The position numbers and the translations under genes are program-made. Positions 13,001 through 25,800 of a DNA stretch of 64,000 nucleotides are shown one piece after another. Location of the stretch: contig NW_025964001.1 of the NCBI RefSeq assembly GCF_023055435.1, positions 44,516,001 through 44,580,000 on the forward strand, written 5' to 3'. Position 1 is the stretch's first letter. Each line of letters starts with the position of its first letter. Source of the DNA: Haliotis rufescens. Lineage: Eukaryota. A model generated the notes under the pieces. The model saw only the letters and a list, made by a program, of their open reading frames with translations, searched no databases and was not told the origin of the DNA.

Positions 13001-15546
13001 TTGTGGCCAGTTCTACCCCGGTATCCCCACAGGGTAAATAATGTTCAAAGAACAAAGTGAAAACCTCCCACCTTCTTCTGGCAGAAGACAGTCATCTATT
13101 AATAATCATCATGTGCATAAGTCATTATCAGTACTGGATTGTCACTGCCAATCGGTAACCACGTGACACATTAAAGTTCAAAATGACTACTTTCAAATTC
13201 ATCATTGTGTATACGAGGTCTAAATCTTCCGATAACCTGCGGTGGAGTAGACTAGTGTGTGAAGCTCGGGTTTGATTCTCACATGGGAACAATGGATAGA
13301 ACCCGTTTCTTACACACACCCAAGTCACGCACCCAGTTACTGATACAGAATGGCAACCTGTGCCCTGTGTCACGTGATTAGCAACAATTAGACACGCGGG
13401 GGATCCCGAGTAGTGGTACATGGACATTATGTAGCAATATACAGACGCTACACACCGGTCAGCGAGATACTAACCACCAGGTCCGTGTTGCCGGTGTTTC
13501 GCCAAGGCTCATCGAACTCGACATCTGCGTCTTAAGCAAGAAAAAAAACAAGATATGAAAAACAATAGCGAATCTAAATCATGGCCTTAAGTTAACACTA
13601 TAATGGCGTATAAAGACGTAGTCTTCATTGTTTCTGTGTCTGCGACAACCTATGACGAAATTTATTAATTTCCCAATATCATGGTGTGACCGTTTCCAGT
13701 CTGTAATTCGTATTGTGTGTGTATTGTTGCCTCTATTTGCGTTTTGTTAGTAATAGATCCCCATTACATATTTCGAAATAACATCGTTCCAAATAATAAA
13801 AATGTATAATAGAGCAACAACCCATATATTAGGTCTGACATGAGGTTATTAAAGAAACGATAAAACACACACACACACACGCGCGCGCGCGCACACACAC
13901 ACACCAGTGCATAATCAAAACACTGCGTGGATATCAATAACATAGTCTAGTCAAAGCTGCTCGGCAAAAGAAAGTGTACAGACATGTTGCATGGTTGCTG
14001 AAAATGTAACAAACAGCAAATGGTTTTCGATGGTGATTTATTTGAAACGAGTATCATAGCGTTTGGATCTTAAGTTTGCAGTATTTCGGTGACTGCTTTC
14101 ACCACAGTAAAGTGTAGATGACGTTTGTAATTTTAGGGTCAAATCAAATTTTCAAGTGCATAGTTCCTTTTGCACGGCAGTTTAGGTCACCACCATCTAA
14201 ACCCGCGCTACTTGTAACCCTATGGATACAGTCTGATCATGTTATTCTACGTTAAAGAATTACTTTTTGTAACTTGACAAATCTAATTTCGGGTAAAATA
14301 TAAATCATTCCGAAGGTTTCTACATAATGCATATATGCAAGAATAAATTAAAGGTTCTCCATTTTGGATGGAAGCTAAACTCTCTCAACACATAAGAATG
14401 ACAATGATATTCACTACATGCCTAAACAACACTGACCTCTGACTGTAAAATGTGAAAGTTGTGATACGCTAGGTATGTTTTAAGGTAGAGATACGGAAGC
14501 CTTTAACTGATCATTGACTCAATCAATATTTGAATCCATGACAGACCCGTAAAGATCCGGGGTAGAATAGGTCTTCAATACCTATGCTAGCCGTACAGGC
14601 AACTTTGCTTGTCATAAGAGGCGACTATAACGGGATCAGGTGGTCAAGGCTTGCTGACTTGGTTGATGCATGTCATCGTATCCCAACTGCGAAGATCGAT
14701 GCTCATGATATCAATCACTGGATTGTCTGGTCTAGACCGCCGTCATATAGCTGAAATAGTGCGGTGCTGAACAACAAAGAAAGGAATCCTTAATGGGGGA
14801 TCATCTGATCGCATACAACACAAACAATTTACCTGACGACTGGTATAACTTGCAGCTTATTTAAAAGAAACTGAAACCAACTTTTTAGTAATTAACCGAT
14901 GGAAACCACAATACACCAGCCCCCTGATCTACATCCATCTCAACCCCCCCCCCCCCCCCCCCCCCCCGCCCTTCCCTTGATGATTCTGCTTCTGGTTCAT
15001 TAACTTCCCCTTACCTTGGACCTTGTAGACATCAATTTCCGACAGTTTGAGATTGCTTCCTGTGAAATCTGTAGCTGTGTCGCCAGCCATGTCATAGTCC
15101 GCCCCGTGTGTACCTGTTGTTTCACATGGGAAAAATCCATCAGACTTGAGAAAAGGACCTTTTTTAAGAAATTGTATGTCACTACCAAACCTTGGACCTT
15201 CACCTGAAGACTGGTATATTGCCCTTGCTTCATGTCCATCTTTAAGCCTGTATTTCTTGGGGTGAAAAGATCCATTTCTATCAAGCCTGAACAGAAATGC
15301 TCTGTCATCGTAATTCGTTCCACTGCGCCAGCTCACTGAGGTATAGCCCCCAAAGACCCCTCCAGTGGTATTACGTCCAACTGTCACAGTTGCTCCTACA
15401 TTGTCACATCTGTAGTGGAATCTCGCGCTTCCACATTCATCTGTTGCAGTGCTGTAGAGCAGTTGGAACCGTTTGTTTCCTCCAAGCCACGTGGACAATT
15501 GTTTCCGATGGCATGAAGACAAACGTGAATTCATTTCCGCACTCAT
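10056..15546 (-). CDS. IFI44L: IFI44/IFI44L-like protein, copy 2 (TLDc + P-loop GTPase-like), 6 coding exons, about 457 aa
   Basis: Exons 15546-15015, 13530-13475, 12714-12526, 12060-11917, 11315-11144, 10336-10056, phase-consistent. Motifs FHYRCDNVGATV, FGGYT, GPRFG, GAVGSGKSS, FRLCDTRGLE, FNP, HCVVFVVD, TKVDK, LPIKNYEKE. An acceptor near 15593 implies an upstream non-coding exon. Confidence 0.92.
14545..14780 (+). mobile_element. SINE family 3
   Basis: Similarity to 7227-7503. Confidence 0.75.
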
Positions 15547-15739
15547 TTTCTGTGCATGTAGCAGGATCTGTGAACCAACAACAGCTGTCAAACTGGAAAA
15601 CAAAATCAACAGTCTTTTCTTCAAAAGTACATGACACCCCACAAAGAAACACTTGTTGCAATATTACAGTTCCACACATCACAGTATGACCTCTTTTATG
15701 CATCTAACTCTACTTCTGTGTCACTTCACTGGGGGCTAC

Positions 15740-16040
15740 GTCTAGGCTCTACAGTTAAATCACCCACCCTACATGCAAGACTTAGCCCCCAGTGACTATT
15801 TCCTGTTCCGGCAAATGAAATCTGCCCTAAGTGGAAGACGCTTCCAGGATAACGAGGACATAAAGGCTGCCACAGAGGCGTGGTTAGAGGGCCATTCTGT
15901 GGATTTCTATAAAACTGGTATTAAAAGCTTGAAGGACAAATGGAATAGGTATATTTAGGTGAATGGAGATTATATTGAAAAATATAAGTGCAAAAGATAT
16001 CTTATATTAAAGTTGCAAAACTTATTGAATGCCCCTCGTA
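15740..16040 (+). mobile_element. Mariner 3' fragment with terminal inverted repeat
   Basis: HPPYMQDLAPSDYFLFRQMKSALSGRRF. Ends in CTTATTGAATGCCCCTCG followed by TA. Confidence 0.8.
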
Positions 16041-16241
16041 TGTTGACGTCCCTATCGTTGTTGGTGTCGTTTCTAGGACGATGTGGTTCTTGGTGTTCAT
16101 CTTATAGACGATGTATCCTACCACCAGAGACTTTCAGCTGTCCGTTTTCAACAGTGTCAAACAACATTTCATGCAGCTTCAAACATTCTCTGATGACTTA
16201 TCACTCATGATATAACATTGCTGTAATTCCTACTTTCACAT

Positions 16242-16592
16242 GACCGTCTTCGTGGTGTAGTGGTAGAGCGTCCGCCCGGAGAGCGGAAGGTCCGGGGTTT
16301 GATCCCCGGCCGCGTCATACCAAAAGACGTTAAAAGACGTTACTTGTTGTTACCCTGTCTGGCGCTCGGCATTAAGGGGCCAAAACAAGGACTGGTCGGC
16401 TCGGAGTCAGTATACTGTGTCTGAGTGGGATATTCATGTAAAACTGCGGCATGATATGTCAGTGAGCTAGCACTATAAATCGGCATCAGTCCGGACTAGT
16501 ACAAGCAGCCACACACAAACACGTGCATGCACGTCGCTATATAAGTGCAATAATCTTGGACGCGACGTTGAACCCCATTTCACCTCACCTCA
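16242..16592 (+). mobile_element. tRNA-derived SINE, family 2
   Basis: tRNA-like head GGTGTAGTGGTAGAGCG..GTTTGATCCCC, (CACCT)n tail and TSD CCTACTTTCAC. Copies at 48879-49297 (+) and 57425-57662 (-). Confidence 0.85.
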
Positions 16593-17194
16593 CCTACTTT
16601 CACCTAGCTTCTTGTCGGAGAGTATTTCACGCGTATCGTCAACACACCTGCACTTGGCTACAACAACACCAGGGTATTTTAGTGTCCAGATACCTTCCTC
16701 TCAAAGAAGCGACAATTCCTCTCCGCAGACTCGACCTGTATGTCTGTCTGTTTCAGCCCTTCCCTGAATCAAACTGTTTACCTTACCACACACAGCCTAA
16801 AAATTGGTTTCGTGAATATTTCTGATCACAATATGTTCAATAGTACAATGTACAGTAGATGGTATCACTTTTGATGTTAATCCTTTGAACAAAGTATTTT
16901 ACATGGACACACTGTAAAACTTTGCCGTAAAATATACGGTAACATAACGTGAAAATGCAACGGTAGGATTCTGTTATGACACTTGTACGCCGGAATGCCG
17001 TGAACGACAAATATTTTACGGCGTTTCACTGCACCAAACGAAGTTTACGCGACGCTACCGTTTGGCCCCAAGGCATTGTGGGATACTGCCATCCACGCTG
17101 CCGCCATTTCACGTTGACCTGAGAAGAATCGTTCCAGAATCTGATGTCACAAGACTCATCTGTTGGTAATTTGTACACATTCGATGTCTAGAGT

Positions 17195-19969
17195 ATGCAA
17201 ATCAAGGGTTCACATGTTTATTATTTAGGTTTTCTATTGTGTGCTTCTGTATTTTTGTTCTTGACAAATGGTATGACGTATCATTGCAAAGAATGTAATT
17301 TTGAGACTTGTATTTTACGGCAGTATGTCAGACATTATCGTTTACACAGACATGTACCAAATATTTTATTTCCCTGTTGCCAAGACCTTTGTGTAAGAAA
17401 ATTTCGCACGTACAGTGCGTTTCGGGCACACGTATTACGTGATCACAAGCTTAACACAAACATAAGTCAACCAGGGTCAATACACGGCCAGTCACATTTA
17501 CGTCTTGTGTGCAGGCAAAGCTTTTGTGAACATGAATTCTCTTCTATTGATGAGCTCTTGAAACACTTGCGACAGCATTTAGAGAGACGAGATCCCATCA
17601 TTTGTCCATTCAAATCATGCAATACCAAAATTCAAAATAAATCAACATTCTCATCTCACATAAGCAGAAAGCACAAGCATCATGCTATATCAGAGTTATC
17701 GGATTCAGTTCACAGGGCTAATATCACAAATAATAATCTAGATGATCGTCAGAATTGCATGTCTGCACAAACCGACAACAGGCCCACTGAAATTGATCAT
17801 GATGAAAATGAAAATGAGGATGCTGATTTAGATGACACCACACAAAATCAGTTCCTGAAAAATATTTCTCAGTTCTACTTAAAGCTGGAAGCAAAACACT
17901 TGCTACCCGTATCTTTGATTCAAGATATTATAACAGAATACCAAGCTCTTCATGAATTTAGCAATGACATTGTAGTGAGCCGAATCATAGAGAGGCTTAA
18001 GTCAAATGGGATTTCAGATGTCATCATTAATGACATCAGAGATGACATCAGAGCATCGGATGTCTTTTCTTCTTGCAATACAGGCCCTTTAAGATCAGCA
18101 AAGTGTAGGTCAACTTTCTACAAACAACATTTTCCATATGTACCCCCACAGGAAGTAGTTTCGGGTTTCAGTGAAGAAAGTGGGAAGGAACAAACATTTC
18201 AGTATGTCTCCATTCTCAAAACATTGTCAAGCATATATACTTACCAGAGATCACACATGGCAAACCATAATAACAGTGGCGTATCTTGTGAGCAACAGTC
18301 AGGTTTTCAGGACATTCACCAGGGCTCACTGTTTAAAGGCAATGAATTCTTTCAAACACAATTGGGCTCATTTCAGATTATTTTGTACCAGGATGCATTT
18401 GAAGTTGTAAATCCTCTGGGTTCAGCTAAAAGAAAGCACAAGCTTGTAGGAGTATATTTTACTCTCGGAAATTTCCCGTCTTTCAAGCGTTCCACAATTG
18501 ACCATATGCAATTAGTTATACTTTGTCGTGAAAAAGACCTGAAGCAATTTGGTCCAGATAAAGTTTTTGGTCCATTGGTGAAGGATTTGAAACACCTTGA
18601 AAGTGTTGGTCTAGATGTGGGAAATGATCTTTTCATTAAAGGTTCCTTATTTTGCATTCTTGGTGATAATTTGGGTTCACACATGGTTGGGGGCTTTGTG
18701 GAAAGTTTTAGTGGAAAACATGTTTGTAGATACTGCCTTGCTGAAAGATCAGAAATGCTTCATGAATCCTTTGCTATTAGAGGTGAGAAAAGAACCCAAG
18801 AAAATTATCAAGAAAGTGTCCAAATAGTGCTCAGTGAAGGTCTTAACAACCACAAAGGAATAAAGCAAAGTTCTATCTTTAATGAGTTACAGCACTTCCA
18901 TGTAGTAAGTGGACTGCCACCCTGTATAGGGCATGACCTATTTGAAGGAATTCTTGCCTATGATATGAAGTTGGTCACTGATTACTTTGTGATCACCAAA
19001 AGATGGTTTACCTACGACCAGCTAAACAAAAGACTGATTGGGTTTCCCTACACAGGCTATGATGCCCTTGACAAACCCTGTGCTGTAAACCCCACCTCAG
19101 ATAGAATGCCAGGACATGCAGTACAGAACTGGGTATTCATCAGACTGTTTTCCCTGTTTGTTGGAAAATATGTTGCTGACACAGAGGTCAGGGTTTGGGC
19201 CTTTTTCCTTTTGATTAAAAAGTTGGTAGAAATTGTCTGCACACAAAGTTTTGAAGTTTGCCAAATTGCAATTTTGAATTCTGTCATAGAGGATTATTTG
19301 CATGAAAGGAAAGAGATTTTTAATGTTCAGATGCGTCCAAAGCACCATTATTTGGTACATTATCCAGAACTGATTTTGAAGTTTGGGCCTCTGATCCGCC
19401 TCTGGACACTTCGATTTGAAAGCAAACACTCCTACTTCAAGAAATGTGCTAGGAAACTTCAGAATTATAAAAGTCTAGCAAAAACACTCTCCCAGAAACA
19501 CCAGCTTTTGCAGGCTCTATACAATTCAGGTAGTCTGTTTCCAAATGAATTTGAAGTGGAAATACTATTACCCTTTCACCCTGAAATGTATTCAGAAAAC
19601 ATCAAAGCTGTTCTGTCAGGGTGTGGCTTAACTGGTTCAAACTCTATGAAGGCCACAAAGGTTTGCATAAGAGGTATAACATACAAATTGGGAAACACAC
19701 TGGTGATCAGCCAACCAACTTCTTATGAAATGTTAGTTGGATGTATTCAAGACATATTTGTAGAAGGAAATACAGTGTATTTTTTGGTCCATGAAATTTT
19801 ATGCACATATATTGATGCTATGGATCTTTATGCGTATGAAAGTTCACTTGATCATGATTATGATGTGCAGTGTCTAACTCTCTCTCAGTTTGCAGATTGT
19901 TATACAGTGGAGATCTATTTTGAATCAGGGACGAGCTACATTTCCCTGAAGCATTCATTGTCACAGTGA
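17195..19969 (+). CDS. EnSpm/CACTA-type transposase with N-terminal C2H2 zinc fingers (924 aa ORF; the start may be M at 17273)
   Basis: Four C2H2-like fingers. Motifs LYQDAFEVVNPLGS, GDNLGSH..GGFVESF..CRYC, PPCIGHDLFEG and PKHHYLVHYP..FGPL..LWTLRFESKH are characteristic of animal EnSpm transposases. The ORF is uninterrupted and lies inside the TIRs. Confidence 0.9.
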   Translation: MQIKGSHVYYLGFLLCASVFLFLTNGMTYHCKECNFETCILRQYVRHYRLHRHVPNILFPCCQDLCVRKFRTYSAFRAHVLRDHKLNTNISQPGSIHGQSHLRLVCRQSFCEHEFSSIDELLKHLRQHLERRDPIICPFKSCNTKIQNKSTFSSHISRKHKHHAISELSDSVHRANITNNNLDDRQNCMSAQTDNRPTEIDHDENENEDADLDDTTQNQFLKNISQFYLKLEAKHLLPVSLIQDIITEYQALHEFSNDIVVSRIIERLKSNGISDVIINDIRDDIRASDVFSSCNTGPLRSAKCRSTFYKQHFPYVPPQEVVSGFSEESGKEQTFQYVSILKTLSSIYTYQRSHMANHNNSGVSCEQQSGFQDIHQGSLFKGNEFFQTQLGSFQIILYQDAFEVVNPLGSAKRKHKLVGVYFTLGNFPSFKRSTIDHMQLVILCREKDLKQFGPDKVFGPLVKDLKHLESVGLDVGNDLFIKGSLFCILGDNLGSHMVGGFVESFSGKHVCRYCLAERSEMLHESFAIRGEKRTQENYQESVQIVLSEGLNNHKGIKQSSIFNELQHFHVVSGLPPCIGHDLFEGILAYDMKLVTDYFVITKRWFTYDQLNKRLIGFPYTGYDALDKPCAVNPTSDRMPGHAVQNWVFIRLFSLFVGKYVADTEVRVWAFFLLIKKLVEIVCTQSFEVCQIAILNSVIEDYLHERKEIFNVQMRPKHHYLVHYPELILKFGPLIRLWTLRFESKHSYFKKCARKLQNYKSLAKTLSQKHQLLQALYNSGSLFPNEFEVEILLPFHPEMYSENIKAVLSGCGLTGSNSMKATKVCIRGITYKLGNTLVISQPTSYEMLVGCIQDIFVEGNTVYFLVHEILCTYIDAMDLYAYESSLDHDYDVQCLTLSQFADCYTVEIYFESGTSYISLKHSLSQ

Positions 19970-19984
19970 CTGTCAACGCTGACA

Positions 19985-22912
19985 ATGGCCAGTGGGATTT
20001 CTGAGGATGAGAAATGTCTCAAGAGACATGTACTTGATCTTATTGGTAACCTGGATGAGGACACTTTGAACAGTATTGTTGATGTTCTGAATACCTTAGG
20101 CGTCACACATGTGGATGACCTGAAGTGGGTGACACCGGATGATCTGGTAGGGAGAGTCAAACCTGTTCATGCAAGGAAGCTACTTAGCCATTCAGTGTGT
20201 GAGTAGTATTATATTTATTTCATAGCTAATGCACATTCACCCAATTTAATGTTTCGTCTTTCAGCTTCTTATGGTAAAAAGGGGGCACGGGTGGCCCAGT
20301 CATCTAAGGCGCCGCGATTCGCTGTGCAGAGTTGCGTCCCTTGGGCACGCCAGAAACCTATGATTGTGGGTTCGAATCCCGGTTCACCCCGATTATGTTT
20401 CTAGGTTTGTCAGCACCATACCCGTGCTCGTGGGTTTCAACGGGCTTTCCTCCCACATTAAGCTGACATGCCGCGATATAACTGGAATACTGTTAAAAGC
20501 GGCGTTAAACCCAACTCACTCACTCACTCTTATGGTAAAAATGGTTATTCTTGAAAGTTGTTGAAGCTGAGTACATAGTGTTACATGTCATTACAGTTTG
20601 TTGTGTTGTTGTCTGCCCTTCCACTAATAATTACATACCATGTAAGACATGGCTATTGGAAAACAAAATACAGTTCTAAGTCATTATGTATGATAAGGTC
20701 ACAAAAAAACTTTTGTGGCTGCTGTCAAAAATAGGGTAGCTGTGTAGGCAGTTTTGTTTTAATACAATTGTGGAAGGGGGTGGAGTGTATCTTAACCTGA
20801 AGCAAGTAATTTTTAATTGTATTGATTCTCCTTCAGAAATGTTATGTAAATGCTAATAAAAAAGTTAGGGTAGTCACATATATTTGGGGTAGGTCAAGTA
20901 ATTGGAATCACAACTATTTTTGCTAAGCCTTAAGGGTTATATGTTTGCATAATTCTCAGTATGATACTACTAAATTTGTCCATTTAAAAATAGTCTGTAA
21001 TTTCAGCACAACCATCAAGAAGTGTCCCCTCACCTTCATCCAGTGTGGATTCATCCATGTCATTCTCACCGAAGAGTCCGGGTCCAATATTGATACACAA
21101 CATAAACACTGATCCCAACTGGCCTGTCAAATTAGAACTCCCATTGAGAGATGTTAGTGCTGCTGTGAGAAATGATTTGGAAAGGGGGAAGAGACTACAT
21201 CCAAGTGCCAGACAGGACCTTGTCAGATTGTTTGTTGATGCAGTCAGGAAGAAGACTCAACATGCATCGAGACCCCAAATGTCTGTCATCGCCCAGAGGA
21301 TGACTGCACGGTATCCTGATAGTCTACAGGATAAACTGGATGGGTCTATAATCGGTTCGGGATATGACAGTATTCTAAATAAACTTGTCTCCAGGAACGA
21401 AAACCTAAACAGATCACTGAATGCAAGTAGGATGTGTCTTTCTCGCAAGAAGAGACCACTTGCTAGTGATTCAGGTTCCAGTGATAACTCAGATAATCCT
21501 GAAGGTGGTTGTGCTGCTGCAGCAGCTGAACGACGAGACTCTTATGGCTGCATCAACTGGATGCCAGTTCTCACAGGGGACACCGAATGCCAGGATATGG
21601 AACATCACAAGAATAATTTAAAGGCAATGTATGAGAATTCAGAAACAGATTATGAGAAGGTATCACGCTCCATGAAAGCTAGTTATGCTCTACAGCGCAA
21701 AGAGATTAATAGTGGAACTTCGATGGATGAACTGAAGGAAGAGTGGCCTTATCTGTTTGAGGTCAAGGGTCTTTTGGCTCATGCTAATGAGCTTTTGGGA
21801 ATAGACATAAGGAACGCCTTAGGAACTGCTTATAGAGACAAAGCGGTGAGAATAAATAGATTCTTCAAAACTAAATCCAGTTTCAAGTGTGAGATGATCT
21901 ACGAGGAAGCCAGAAGGCAGAGTGAGAAGGATAATGTCAAGGCTTGGTTGGTCGCAGTGATTCTGTGTGTTCTGAACCATTTTGGTGAAAAGGAAAAGGA
22001 TGTCTTCTTTGTTGTTGATGTAAGATGTATGTTTAATACTACAATTACCATCACAAATCGTTCAAACTTGATTTCAAGATGAAAAGTTTAAACTTGACTT
22101 GACATCTATTCATTGCTAATGTTTCTCTAATGTCTTCAGTTTCAGTATGAGACTATAACATTTCTGAAAAACATGCTGTTTCTTGAATATCATACAGACA
22201 GAATATTATATTTTTCACCATCTGTTGGAACAGGAAACAACAAGTGTTGGAGCAGCAGAGAAGTCCACAACAAAGGAATCACTACAGCTGATAGTTTTTG
22301 GTAAATGTTTTACTCAGTCATTCAAATGTAATATTGGGCTCTCTTGGTGCTATTTTGTTTTCTAGAACATACTTGCACAGCAGAACAGTTTTTCATACAT
22401 ACTGTAACAGTCTTGCTAAATCTTATTGAAATTTAGTAGTAACATTATAAGTTTCACTGTGAATAGTTACGGATGGTTATATAATGTATTTTAGATTATC
22501 AGACACTAACTTCAGAATACATCACTATCCAGTCAGTTTATAATAGAATAGTATTCTTCACCCACTATATCTTTTACTTTTTGTTCCAATAAACAGGTGA
22601 TTCAGTCCTTGCAGGCAAGACATACATGTTGATGTGTGACAGAATGGTCATTTCACCCATGGACAGAATCCAAAGTTTCATGGACGCCTTCTCTGCATTC
22701 TTTGCATCGTTCTATGTGTTTAATCTGGAGTATCCCCCTGGGGCTTCAACAACCATGGAGTTTATTCAGAGGTATTCCACATTCATTCAGGCTTTTTTGT
22801 ACTCAGAAGTTATGTGAGAAAGTTTGCTCAACTACAAATTGATTATGTCAGATTTTTTGTTTTGGATAACACTTTCTTAGTAAAGTACAGTTTCTTGTAA
22901 AAGAATTTAGCT

Positions 22913-22948
<36 letters not shown>

Positions 22949-23837
22949 AAAAAAGTAGAAGAATCTGTTCTTCACTAAGAAAGTGTTATCCAAAACATAG
23001 CATTAGTTATATTTGACCACTTTCTGAATGGCATTGTGTGCAGCGTTAGAAATTGGCACTAGTCCTGTAGTCCATACCAAACTGCCCAATAGTAAAGGTA
23101 TCCTAAGGAGTAGTAGAAATTGGCCCATTTTAAGGGTTTTGCTATATGTTATCATTATAAGGAGTAGTGGACAAAAACTGTTAGTTTCTAACCCTGGTGT
23201 GTTTAAAGCTTTTGGCCATAGGAGCTGTGCCAATTTACACTGGTCAGAGGGGTACACAAAGTACATGCATTGATCTAGTTGTCAGACTTTAATTTTGTGG
23301 AATAATAAGGGTGAGTGACTCTGTGTGATGGCCATTAGGTGCCTCACTAGGGCAGTGTTGGTTTGAATCCCGAATGGAACTCTTCCCCAAAAAGTACTAG
23401 AATATGTACTTTACTAAGAAAGTGTTATATTGACCACTTTCTAAATGGCATTGTGTGTTCACACAAATTGATTGATTGTTTTGAAATTCAATTTATTCTT
23501 GCCATGTTAGTCACATGTAGTACATTTAGTATTAAAATGTGAAGCTCAAGTATACAATGCACTCTGCACAAGCAAGGCACGTTTTGGTCTGTGTATAAAG
23601 ATAAATAAAGAACTCGGGACAGTACAATATTCTTTAATAAAATAATCATACATGATACACATCTCTAAGTGAATGTTTAGTTGTATTTTAATGTGATTCA
23701 GGTGTTTCATTGGCATCAACCCTGATAGAGGATCGAAAGGGAACCAAGGGAAGAGGAAGAAGACAAAGATTAACCCCAAGGTTCTCAGCTTAATCAACGC
23801 TCTTGCGGATTTTGAGTGGCTGGAATCTGACATATAG
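19985..23837 (+). CDS. EnSpm accessory protein (SAMD3-like, TnpA-equivalent), 5 exons, about 534 aa
   Basis: Exons 19985-20198, 21007-22019, 22234-22300, 22597-22771, 23702-23837 (1605 nt, phase-consistent). SAM-like N-terminus LGVTHVDDLKWVTPDDL; motifs YPDSLQD..GSGYDS, DSYGCINW, EEWPYLF, FYVFNLEYP..TMEFIQRCFIGINP. Confidence 0.85.
20281..20527 (+). mobile_element. tRNA-derived SINE in intron 1 of the EnSpm accessory gene
   Basis: B box GGTTCGAATCCC, (CTCA)n tail and 14-bp TSD TCTTATGGTAAAAA. Confidence 0.85.
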
Positions 23838-25530
23838 CCTGTTCAATATGCAGCAGAGATTTTGTTAAACTACACAGAGTGTAGGCGCAATTGATAGTCT
23901 GATTGTCTGATGGTGTCTATCTATCAGATAATAATGAACAATTTTGTTTCTTGTATGTAGTTGGTGCTGTTTGATTTTGTTTATATCAATATTGTGAACT
24001 GTTCACGGTATTCCATTGTCTTTTGAGAGTAAGACAGATAATTGAAAGTTTATTTTCTATAGAAGTTATTCATACCTTGTCAGTGTTCGTCAAGGATGTG
24101 AAGTAATAGGAGCAGTTTAAAATGTTTGATACTGTATGGTTAGAGATTGCTGATAAAGTTAAAACTTCAATGGGCTTTTTCTGAGACATTTAGCTGTCTT
24201 CATTTATAATAATCTGAAAATCCTAGTTTAGACATGCTTATTTCCTGTTCAAAATGCAGCAGATATTTTGTTAAACTTGAGGAAATATCAGTACTGCTTG
24301 TGAGTGTAGTATGCTTATTGATATTTCCACAAAGGAATTCCTTTCAGAATTGTGAGAGACAGTTTTGTTAACTGAATGTTGTGATTTAAGTGGAGAATTT
24401 CTCTGCAAACTGACATCATACTGGCTTTCAGATTGGAAATATTTGAACAGCCTGTAGGAGCAATAAATGAAAGGAACAAGTTTGTACAAAGAAGGTCCTG
24501 TTTTGTCAAACTCTTTCTGTTATTGCATGCTAGAGACTAGGTCATACTGATTGATTGTGTGTCATTTAGTAAAACATGATTCGACAATAATTGAAATTCA
24601 TATTTCCAGGTTTCTCTTTCATAGCATATAGTAGTGTTATCACGATTGTTTCTTGTTGAAAGTTTTCAAAACTTTAATCTTCTGGGATTTTTAATTTGAT
24701 GTGTTTTTTTCTGGATTAGTCTCCCTTTGTGAGTTTCTTTAAGACTTTACTTTTTTATCATTTAAGGTGACCATCATCCATGTTAGTGTAATTGGATTCT
24801 CTAGAAACACAGGACACTGGCTTAATTGGCTACTTTTCAATCTGGGTTGTGTTCAGGTTGTATTGAGCAACTGTGCAAGAGGCATTCCAAGTTTTGGAAA
24901 TGTAACTCTGGTTGTGTTTGGAGTCATTCAAATAAGATTTTTTGTTCATGTTACATGTGTCCTTCACATCCCAGTTTAGGCAAATTCAGATGGATTAGTC
25001 AGTTATATTGTGACAGACTTCATGATTATTAGTGAACAATTAAACATGTCTACTCAGATATTTCGGAATTTAAAAGAGATGGCCATATGTTACTGTTTAC
25101 ATACTTGAAGGTTCCAGAATATCAGGAAATGTCTCTTCTCATGTCAACCTACAGTTGCTATTCACACAATGTTGTGTTTTGTCATTTTCCTCCTTAAACT
25201 GACCAAAATACAAGAGGGTATATCTACTATGATGTGTACTAATCTTTACATTGTAATACGAACTGTTGTAAAAAAGAATAGTTTCACACTACAAAAAATA
25301 AAACATGAATCATCTGGTTCAAGGATTCCAGTAACACAGTTGTATCTTATTTTTTGAATAGAATGTGTTCGAAGCTGATCATAACCATACATGATGAATC
25401 TTTAGAAAATGATTGTGGCTGTCGTAACAGCTTGTAAACAAGACCATATTTGGACAAAGCGATTCTAGGATTACAGCAGTTTTAAGTCCCCTGCTATAGC
25501 TGTGGCTTAAACTACTGGAGCCTTAGAATT

Positions 25531-25800
25531 GCCAGAGTTTTACCGTATTTGTCACGGTATAAATAATTACCGCATACCGTAAAGCTACTGGCTTTGTACC
25601 GGCAGCATGGCTGCCAGAATTTTACCGTATTTTTCACGGTATAAATAATTACGGCATACCGTAAAGCTACTGGCTTTGTACCGGCAGCACGGCTGCCAGA
25701 ATTTTACCGTATTTGTCACGGTATAAATAATTACGGCATACCGTAAAGCTACTGGTTTTGTACCGGCAGCATGGCTGCCAAACTTTTACCGTAATAATGC
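25531..25800. repeat. Subterminal 82-bp tandem repeat (3 full copies plus a partial copy) of the EnSpm element
   Basis: Unit starts at 25531, 25613, 25695 and 25777. Each unit carries TACCGTA and CACGGTA motifs in both orientations. Confidence 0.9.
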
